From positions 146,710 through 210,709 of the forward strand of contig JBAZLA010000001.1 in the NCBI GenBank assembly GCA_041650515.1: a stretch of 64,000 nucleotides of DNA. The letters run 5' to 3'. The number at the start of each line of letters is the position of its first letter. Position 1 is the stretch's first letter. The translations under genes and the position numbers were made by a program. This stretch comes from Patescibacteria group bacterium. GTDB lineage: Bacteria; Patescibacteriota; Patescibacteriia; JACRDY01. Positions 1 through 8,999 of this stretch are shown piece after piece. The notes below the pieces were generated by a model. The model ran no database searches. It worked only from the letters and a program-made list of their open reading frames with translations, and was not told where the DNA came from.

Positions 1-1490
1 CTGTATGACCAAGCTCGTGGAGAACCGTATCTTTACTAGAACTATTAACAAAAGAATTTTGATCTAATTCTGCACCAGCAATAGTTTTTTTAATCAACGG
101 CAGTTTGCGACCGATCACTGTCTCCCGGGTAACATTTAGATGAGAGACAATCGCCTCAGTACCTGATTCACCTTCAGTCATAAAATGGGCATCCGGACCA
201 AAAGCAAACGGCTGGTTAGTCAAAACAATCGGCGGCACTTGATATGGTTCTTTGAGCGCTGCCTTATTAGCATCAACTATTTCTTGGGCTAGCGGCCGCA
301 GCTCATTTAATACTTGGCCCAGCTCTTTAGTCTCGGGAGTTTGAAAACCAAGCCGCATCTCCACATCCACTTTATCAGCTTCACCAGCCACCATCGCGCA
401 ACCCTGAGGAATTATAATAATTGGACAACCGGTCTCGGCCAGTTTAATATAACCCGCCTCTAGCTCACTCCACATTTTTTCTAATTGCTTAGGCGAAACG
501 CTATCGGAGTTATAGACCTGCGTCATCTGGCGCAGATAAGCTGGCAAACCAGCATAAGTCTCGGGTACTTTGCCATCAGTTAATAATTCATCTGTCCGAT
601 CAGCTAAAACTTCCAATCGTTTAACCAGCCGCGGCCACTCAGTAGCAAAGACATCTTTATAGGTTTTCTTATTCACCGCATCACTCGCTGGATTAGACTG
701 GAGATCATACATGTATTTAGCGCCAGCGCGTAAACCCAATGTAGTTTCTTCTGATCCGCCCGGCGCATCAGCTAACTCAATCTGTTTGATGTAGGCTTGG
801 TCGATAAATTTACCAACCATACCAGCGGTATCAAGCATCAGTTGGATTTCCGCGCGACCGACACCCATTTTTTCTAAACTCGCCTCGGGTAGTTCTTTAA
901 TCCAACGTCTCATTAAAACTACCGCCGCTAGCTGCCGCTCCGAAGAAGCCAGCACTAAACTCCGCCAAGCCTCAGGGATTGCTTCGCGCAAATTCTCAAA
1001 ATTACTCAGATCCTGAACCCGCAAATTTTCTTCCAATAAACCAGGCGAAGCGAGGGCTTTTCTAAGCTCTTTATTCTCTTCATTGTCCGGAATACCTGCT
1101 AGCCACTTAGCCGCCTGCTGGCCCAAAACTTCGGCCGCCGTGCTAAGCCATCGTTGAGCCACCTCGGCGCGAGCAGCCTCAAAAAGATCCTCAACCTTTA
1201 GAACATCTTTGGGACATTCGGGCCAACCTTGGGTTTCAACGGTTGATTTAAGTTGATCTCTAATTTGCCAACTGAGGTCAATATATTCAGGCAGATCTTG
1301 CAGCCGAACGACATCGGCGCGATCCACATATTTTTGTTCGAGGCCAATGTCGGGAATATCACCTTCAGATAAATCATCAATTCTTCCTTTTCTGATATTT
1401 TTAACATCTAACCGATTAGTCATATCGGGGTTAAAATCTTCGCCAAATCTTGGTCCACCTTCTCGCATATTTTTTGGTTTATTTACCATA
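1..1490 (-). CDS. Zinc metallopeptidase (HEXXH motif; M3/oligoendopeptidase-like), 3'-truncated at window edge
   Basis: Read by eye as the reverse complement of 1-1490. Start is ATGGTAAATAAACC at 1490 (MVNKPKNMREGGPRFGED...). The frame stays open to the window edge and ends in ...DTVLHELGHT, a HEXXH zinc-binding motif. The ORF track does not list it because it has no stop in the window. Confidence 0.5.
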
Positions 1491-1619
1491 TTATTAATAA
1501 AAATTAGTCTTAAATTTATCTTAGGCTATTCGGCCTTTTTTGGCAACCAATCTAAATGATTAAACAAAAAACACCCCGAGGAGTGATTTTATTCAGTACT
1601 ATATTTTTTATCGAGGTCA

Positions 1620-1745
1620 CTCAGGGCAGGCTTGCCACCCTACGGGTGGTCCCCCGTAGGGGGAAACCTGCGACCTCCGCGTCCCAAACGCGGCGCGCTA
1701 GCCCCGCCCAAAGGGCGGTCGCCCTCTGGGCGAAACTGTACGCCA
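1620..1745 (-). repeat. Degenerate tRNA-Pro-like copy with double-hairpin insertion in T-loop
   Basis: The reverse complement shares the tRNA-Pro anticodon arm (GCTAGCGCGCCGCGTTTGGGACGCGGAGGTCGCAGGTT). A 30-nt segment TCCCCCTACGGGGGACCACCCGTAGGGTGG then replaces the T-loop. The 5' part reads GCGTACAGTT[TCGCCCAGAGGGCGACCGCCCTTTGGGCGGG]GCTAGCGCG, with an insertion in the D-loop. Confidence 0.6.
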
Positions 1746-2031
1746 TACCATAGCTAGATACCACTCTACTCAGCTAATAATTTTCTATAATCAGCTTAAC
1801 TAATTTATTACCTACACCGGATTTTAAAAATTTTTCCCTTTGCCAAGCATCCTTTTGACAATAAAAACTCTCATAATAAACTAACTCAAATGGTCTATTC
1901 TGACTAGTCCAACTATTACTCCCCAAATTATGTTCCGCTAATCTTTTTCCCGGTAATTTCTATGTTACGCCAACATAAGATTTACCGTTCTTTAGACTTT
2001 TTAAAATATAAATAAAAAACATATATCTTTA

Positions 2032-2105
2032 TCGGGGTGACAGGGCTCGAACCTGCGACCTCCGCGTCCCAAACGCGGCGCGCTAGCCAACTGCGCTACA
2101 CCCCG
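2032..2105 (-). tRNA. tRNA-Pro (anticodon TGG)
   Basis: The reverse complement CGGGGTGTAGCGCAGTTGGCTAGCGCGCCGCGTTTGGGACGCGGAGGTCGCAGGTTCGAGCCCTGTCACCCCGA folds as a 74-nt cloverleaf. The anticodon loop is TTTGGGA. Confidence 0.85.
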
Positions 2106-2117
2106 GCGATAAAAATT

Positions 2118-2198
2118 GAAGGAACAATTCGTACGCGCTAGCCCCGCCCAAAGGGCGGTCGCCCTCTGGGCGAAACTGCGCTACACCCCGATAAAAAA
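2118..2198 (-). repeat. 5' tRNA-Pro fragment duplicate with 31-nt double-hairpin insertion in D-loop
   Basis: The reverse complement is CGGGGTGTAGCGCAGTT[TCGCCCAGAGGGCGACCGCCCTTTGGGCGGG]GCTAGCGCG followed by unrelated sequence. It is identical to the tRNA-Pro 5' end outside the insert. Confidence 0.6.
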
Positions 2199-2392
2199 AT
2201 AATGTTCAGGCAATAAACGCAGAAAACTCGATCCAGAGTCTCCCCCACGCAAATGCCGAGGGGCAGCCCTTCGCTTCGCTCAGGATGACAGACTGCCGAC
2301 CCGTTCGTCCCGATTGTCATCGGAACTCAGGGCAGGCTCCAGGATTTTCTATAAATTTATTCCTGCTAGTCCGGAGTTTATCCCTTTACAAA

Positions 2393-2464
2393 TGCCGAGG
2401 GGCAGGATTGAACTGCCGACGCAAGGATTTTCAGTCCTTCGCTCTACCACTGAGCTACCTCGGC
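2393..2464 (-). tRNA. tRNA-Phe (anticodon GAA)
   Basis: The reverse complement GCCGAGGTAGCTCAGTGGTAGAGCGAAGGACTGAAAATCCTTGCGTCGGCAGTTCAATCCTGCCCCTCGGCA is a 72-nt cloverleaf. The anticodon loop is CTGAAAA. Confidence 0.85.
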
Positions 2465-2533
2465 AAAAATTCTCGGCATTTGTAAAGGGACTCTACCACT
2501 GAGCTACCTCGGCAAAAATTCTCGGCATTTGTG
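2443..2533. repeat. Tandem direct repeat (~49 bp x2) duplicating the tRNA-Phe 5' end plus upstream flank
   Basis: The sequence ctctaccactgagctacctcggcaaaaattctcggcatttgt occurs twice in tandem. A 3'-end fragment aaatgccgaggggcag occurs at 2253 as well as at 2391. Confidence 0.7.
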
Positions 2534-2626
2534 TAAGGGAAACAATGTAGTTTTTAGTCCAAAATTCATCCTCAACGGATAAAAACTTCAACACTTCAGC
2601 TATCTTAACAACTATCTGGTACAAAG

Positions 2627-2700
2627 TGGGCGTACCTGGGCTCGAACCAGGGACCTCGTCATTATCAGTGACGCGCTCTGACCAGCTGAGCTATACGCCC
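2627..2700 (-). tRNA. tRNA-Ile (anticodon GAT)
   Basis: The reverse complement GGGCGTATAGCTCAGCTGGTCAGAGCGCGTCACTGATAATGACGAGGTCCCTGGTTCGAGCCCAGGTACGCCCA is a 74-nt cloverleaf. The anticodon loop is CTGATAA. Confidence 0.85.
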
Positions 2701-2936
2701 ACTCTACACCAGACCCAAATTGCTTCCATTGATTATACAAACAACACGAATTACAGTCTAATATAATTTATAAAAAAAATCAATACCATTAATTACTTAA
2801 AAACGCTCCATTAAGAAGCGCTTCTAATTTAACAACCAAAAAGTGATAGAAACCGCAGTATCCGAAATAACCACACTTTTTACTCAAGAGTAAAAAGTTC
2901 GACTAATTGGTGCATTTGCTCACCATATCTCCTTAG

Positions 2937-4586
<1,650 letters not shown>

Positions 4587-5157
4587 TTAAATACTGATAA
4601 GTTGTCCGTACACTAACAACACCAGTTGCTAATGTTTACCCCGTAGAGTCTACGGGTTTAACTCTCTCAGTAGAGTTATAAGAGAAAATAAAGTTGAATA
4701 GATAGGTTACTTCGCACTTACGATTTACTATCACTTTTCGATTGTCAATGTTCCTTTTCTCACCTCTTAATTTTTTATCAAATTAAGAGACGAAAAAACA
4801 GTGCGGGCCAAATCAACGACTTCCACTGGGGAATGTCTACTCAGCCATCACTGTTTTTCCGTCTACTTTTCCCCTGTCAGGGGAAAGTTTAGATGAATTG
4901 TAATAATGTTTTTATGGAACTTTTTATGCCTTGCCTCGCCGGTGCCCTAAAAGGGCATAGGCGGGTTATTTTTAAAGCCCTCTCATTATATACCTTTGCT
5001 AGACCCTGTCAAGGGTGAGACAACAAGCCAATAATGCACAAATTATACCCAGTCAATTTATAACCTAAATAGTAAAATAACCATTGTCCAAACCCTTGAC
5101 TAAATTGATTGTCCGTGTTACAGTTACTAATCCATTTCTCACACCAAGGAGGGCACT

Positions 5158-5463
5158 ATGCCCAAAGAACGACCGAGTGTGTTGGCGTTCATCGCCTATC
5201 TGGCGGAACACCAAACGGAATTTCACCTGGGCACCTGGTACCAGGTAGGCAAACCAGGCGTCGATGCGCGCGAAAATGACCTACTCGTGGCCAACTGCCG
5301 CGACAAAGCCGAAGCGGAACACATAGCCGCCGACCGCGACGGATTCGAGGTCAAAGCCATCGTCGTCCTGGCCATGGACGGCTACGATGCGGCCCTGCAG
5401 CTGCATCTCGCGACCATGACCATGACGCTGATCTACATCGGCGTCGCTGACGAAACCGTCTAA
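5158..5463 (+). CDS. Hypothetical protein, GC-rich (~60% GC) island
   Basis: The 101-aa ORF has the ribosome-binding site aaggagggcactATG and a strong intrinsic terminator, aaagccacccccgtggctttttttt, directly downstream. Its composition is far above the ~45% flanks. Confidence 0.5.
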   Translation: MPKERPSVLAFIAYLAEHQTEFHLGTWYQVGKPGVDARENDLLVANCRDKAEAEHIAADRDGFEVKAIVVLAMDGYDAALQLHLATMTMTLIYIGVADETV

Positions 5464-5475
5464 CACCGGTTACTC

Positions 5476-5510
5476 TACCGCTCAAAGCCACCCCCGTGGC
5501 TTTTTTTTAT
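5476..5510 (+). terminator. Rho-independent terminator
   Basis: The stem AAAGCCAC/GTGGCTTT is followed by a T8 run. Confidence 0.6.
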
Positions 5511-5541
5511 TCACTAATTATTATAACAACATAAACCTAAT

Positions 5542-5697
5542 GGGGGTTTGGGGCGAATACGGCGCGAAGCCGAGCTCCGACCTTTTTTGATTACGCCGAG
5601 GAGCGAGGCGGGTAGAACGAGCTGGGGATGAACAACGAATCGCGCCTGATGAGCCCCAAAGCTTTTTTGGTTACTTTTTTGGCTACAAAAAAGTAAC
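5542..5697 (+). repeat. Structured intergenic repeat family, copy 1 (GGGGTTTGGGG...CCCCAAAGC TTTTTT + GTTACTTTTTTGGNTACAAAAAAGTAAC hairpin)
   Basis: It shares a conserved core with the copies at 13634, 23507, 26186, 51869 and 60850. The core is GGGGTTTGGGGCG-AATACGGCGCGAAGCCGAG...GAGCGAGGCGGGTAGAAC...AACAATGAATCGCGCC...GCCCCAAA. Confidence 0.75.
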
Positions 5698-5722
5698 CTA
5701 CCTGCTAATAAAATAATACCTG

Positions 5723-6238
5723 TTATTTTTTTAACCACGCCGCTAGCGCCTGTTGAGCTAACTCCAACCGATTGGCAAAATCTGGCTCCTTAATCTCAAA
5801 ACTAATATCCTTGGAATAATTATCTAAAATCTGTCGATGATCACCCAGATGTTTATCCAGATATTCCAGCGCCCAGTTATATTGTTTACTTTGGTACAAC
5901 TGGCGAAGAAATTTGGGGGATAGCTCAATATTAATCAAAAAATATTCGTAACCGACTTCGACCAACTTGGCCTTTAATTCTGGCCAAACCCGATCAACAC
6001 TCGCATCATAAATAAAACTATCTCCCTTAGCTAAAATCTCTGCCAAGCGTTGGTCACGAATGACCAAATATTTAGCCTGATCAAAAGCGCCGTGGTCTTC
6101 AATCACTTCGGTCCGCATGATGTCATTACTAAAAATCGGCAAATTCAAATTCCAACTCAAATAATGAGCAATCGGCGTTTTGGAACAACCCGGCACGCCG
6201 GTAAATAAAACGATAAACTTTTTTGATAATATACTCAT
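5723..6238 (-). CDS. P-loop NTPase / predicted kinase (Walker A GVPGCSKT)
   Basis: A 171-aa ORF. The N-terminal FTGVPGCSKTPIAHYL matches the P-loop. Confidence 0.5.
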   Translation of the reverse strand: MSILSKKFIVLFTGVPGCSKTPIAHYLSWNLNLPIFSNDIMRTEVIEDHGAFDQAKYLVIRDQRLAEILAKGDSFIYDASVDRVWPELKAKLVEVGYEYFLINIELSPKFLRQLYQSKQYNWALEYLDKHLGDHRQILDNYSKDISFEIKEPDFANRLELAQQALAAWLKK

Positions 6239-6342
6239 TCTAATAAACTTAGAGTTCAGACTGATTTACATAAGTATGCAGTATGCGGGAATTAACGCCC
6301 ACGGACAACGAGATTCAACCCCTGCATACTGCATACTAAATA

Positions 6343-6999
6343 TTATTTCTTCCGATTTTTCCTCCGCCACTCAGTAATTTTTTGGTGGTCGCCCGAAAGT
6401 AAAACCGGTGGTACGCGCCAAGACTGCTTACCCGCTTTAAAAACCTCCGGCCGAGTGTACTGCGGGTACTCGGCAAAATATTCTAATTCTTTGGAAAAAG
6501 TTTCTTCCTTAAGCGATTCTTGTTTACCCAGAACTCCGGGGATTAAGCGCGAAACCGCCTCAACTACCACCATGGCTGGAATCTCGCCGCCAGAGAGAAC
6601 ATAATCGCCAACCGAAATTCGCGCATCAACCAGTTTTTTGATCCGCTCATCAAAACCTTCATACCGGCCGCAAAGCATAACTAATTGATCAAGTTGAGAA
6701 AATTTCTGCGCCATTTTCTGATTAAACCTTTTCCCTGCCGGATCGAACATTATCACCAAACTTTTTTTGCCCTTTTTTATCTTCTCTAAACATTTATAAA
6801 ACGGCTCAACCATCAAAAGCATGCCTGGTCCGCCGCCATATGGTTTATCATCAACGGTGTGATGCCGGTCTTGAGTACAGTCGCGTAAATTGTGGATTTT
6901 AATCTGAATCTTTTTCTTCTGCTGAGCAATTTTAAGAATCGACTCACTAAAGTAGGAGCTAAAAATTTGGGGGAAGATTGTGATAATTTCGAATTGCAT
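6343..6999 (-). CDS. trmD: tRNA (guanine37-N1)-methyltransferase
   Basis: 218 aa with the TrmD motifs DDKPYGGGPGM, RYEGFDERI and SVGDYVLSGGE. Confidence 0.85.
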   Translation of the reverse strand: MQFEIITIFPQIFSSYFSESILKIAQQKKKIQIKIHNLRDCTQDRHHTVDDKPYGGGPGMLLMVEPFYKCLEKIKKGKKSLVIMFDPAGKRFNQKMAQKFSQLDQLVMLCGRYEGFDERIKKLVDARISVGDYVLSGGEIPAMVVVEAVSRLIPGVLGKQESLKEETFSKELEYFAEYPQYTRPEVFKAGKQSWRVPPVLLSGDHQKITEWRRKNRKK

Positions 7000-7154
7000 A
7001 CGCTATAGTACTTAATACATAGTACACAGTACAGAGTAAATTGACCAGCCAGCAACATTTGGCTGATGTACTCTGTACTCAGTACTGTGTACTATTATAA
7101 AACAAAAACCGTCGGTTTGTCACCAACGGTCTTCGTTTTATTCAATGAACAATT

Positions 7155-7481
7155 TTAGATTTTGAGATTATCAATAGAGTCAGTGTCGACGTCAGCACTA
7201 GCGGCGCTAGCAGCGCTAGCCATCGCATGGCGAGAACCTTCTGGTTCGTGGATTTTTAGATTAACTCGCGCATTCAAACGAGCACCCACGATTTTGAGCA
7301 AGGTACGAATTGATCGAGCAGTTTGACCCTGCTTACCGATGACATAACCCATATCGGCTTGATTGACGTGTAAGGTGATTAAAACACCCATCTCGTCAAC
7401 TTTACGTTCGGTTTTGACATCATCAGGATTACCGACGATCGCTTTGACAACATCCTCAACAAACTTCTGATCCTTTTCCAT
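7155..7481 (-). CDS. KH-domain RNA-binding protein (KhpA/YlqC-like)
   Basis: 108 aa containing VIGKQGQTARSIRTLL, a GXXG KH motif. It sits between rpsP and trmD as in the canonical operon. Confidence 0.7.
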   Translation of the reverse strand: MEKDQKFVEDVVKAIVGNPDDVKTERKVDEMGVLITLHVNQADMGYVIGKQGQTARSIRTLLKIVGARLNARVNLKIHEPEGSRHAMASAASAASADVDTDSIDNLKI

Positions 7482-7601
7482 AGGAATTTTAGATTACTTT
7501 ATTGTTAAATTGCAGGACTGCCGACCCTTCTTTGGTCCCAAGCGGGATTAGAGAATACAGCCTGATAGATAATATTATATACAAAACAATCAACTAGTCA
7601 A

Positions 7602-7970
7602 TTAAACTTTTGGCTCGTTCTCAGCGGGCTTTTCCTCGGCCGATTTTTCCTCAGCAGCTGCCGCTGGTTTTTCTTCGGCTCCTTTTGCGGCCTCTTTTTT
7701 CTTCAACCGAAAAGCATGCACCTTGGCCCCAGTAATAACACCTTGGCTAACCAAAAGATTGTGAACCGAAGCTGACGGCTGGGCACCTTTAGATAACCAA
7801 TATTTGATTCTCTCGGTTTCTAAATTAACAATTTTGGGATTAGCCCGACGATTCCAAGTACCCACAAATTCCAAAACATCGCCCAAGGCGTCTTTGGTTT
7901 TTTCAGCTACTGTTAAACGGAAAGTCGGCGCATTCTTGCGGCCAAAACGGGTTAAACGAATCATCAACAT
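7602..7970 (-). CDS. rpsP: 30S ribosomal protein S16 (with KE/A-rich C-terminal tail)
   Basis: The internal start MLMIRLTRFGRKNAPTFRLTV matches the S16 N-terminus. The upstream part of the listed ORF is probably not translated. Confidence 0.8.
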   Translation of the reverse strand: MLMIRLTRFGRKNAPTFRLTVAEKTKDALGDVLEFVGTWNRRANPKIVNLETERIKYWLSKGAQPSASVHNLLVSQGVITGAKVHAFRLKKKEAAKGAEEKPAAAAEEKSAEEKPAENEPKV

Positions 7971-8147
7971 AATTGAAAGGTTAAGGATTAGGGTTAAAGC
8001 AAACCAACGTGTTTGCCCATTGTAGGGACATTGTCCTAATTTTGACAGTAGCCCCAGGATACCAAAATACTTTGTTTTAGTCAAGAATCTTGACGGCTAA
8101 CCATCCAACGGGTAATATTGATAATTCATCAACAAAGGGGGGAACCA

Positions 8148-8837
8148 ATGGGCCAATGTCCATTAACAACTTTAGCTGCTCAGAAGAAGATTGACCTGCC
8201 CGGCGAACGACAGCTGGAGTGGATCTACAACCCAGCGCTAAATGAGGTCTCTTTCCGGCTTGATCGGGCAGGTAAGATCGTTTGGCTGATCAGTCTCCAT
8301 CCACTGCCTGGCGGACGATATGAAGAGACCAGTGTCGACATGCTAGGTAAGTTGATCGGGCGACGATGGCAAATGGCTGATGTCAACCTGGAATACCAGC
8401 TGGTCCAGGCCATCATCGAGGCGAACGCACTACTCGATGACCAATTTCCGCTGGTCCAACCAGGGATCTACCAGGCGGTCAAAGATTGGCTGGGGACGAT
8501 CCTTGAAGTTGGCGGCATGGTCAACTTGGTGCTTTGGCTCAAAAAAGTCGGACCAAAATCTGATGCCGGTCGGCTGTTCATCTACCGGGCCAACAACCAT
8601 CAACCGCCGATTCTAACTGGCCGGATCAACAACGCTGACGGCCTGGCCAGACTGATGGCCAAAACCCGGGCTGACGAACAGCCAAACATCTGCCGCCGGT
8701 TGCTGGAATTAATCCCGGAAGAAATCCGGGAAAACGCCAGCAGTCTCCGGCTGGCTGCGGAGATCGCCAGCAAACGCGAAGACTTCCGCGTCTATATGCT
8801 GACTGTCTTCAATAAACTAATTGACTTGGCCAAATAA
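8148..8837 (+). CDS. Hypothetical protein, GC-rich (~53% GC) island
   Basis: The ORF starts at MGQCPLTT after the ribosome-binding site aaaggggggaacc. Hairpin terminators follow it (accgcctcaccgcggttttttt and tctcccctttttaaggggaga). Confidence 0.5.
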   Translation: MGQCPLTTLAAQKKIDLPGERQLEWIYNPALNEVSFRLDRAGKIVWLISLHPLPGGRYEETSVDMLGKLIGRRWQMADVNLEYQLVQAIIEANALLDDQFPLVQPGIYQAVKDWLGTILEVGGMVNLVLWLKKVGPKSDAGRLFIYRANNHQPPILTGRINNADGLARLMAKTRADEQPNICRRLLELIPEEIRENASSLRLAAEIASKREDFRVYMLTVFNKLIDLAK

Positions 8838-8999
8838 CGCCAAGAAGATTAGTACCAACCGCCTCACCGCGGTTTTTTTAATTCTCCCCTTTTTAAGGGG
8901 AGAATTAAAATGGGGTTCTACCTCTCCTTTCTGAGGGGAGGGCAGGGTGGGGTTCTATCTCCCCCTACTAAGGGGGAGGTGGCCGCAGGCCGGAGGGGG

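Noticed and set aside
4700-4760. 16S promoter call (TTGACA...TAGTAAAT on minus strand)
   Set aside because: The spacing and -10 quality are ambiguous. It is too uncertain to list as a feature.
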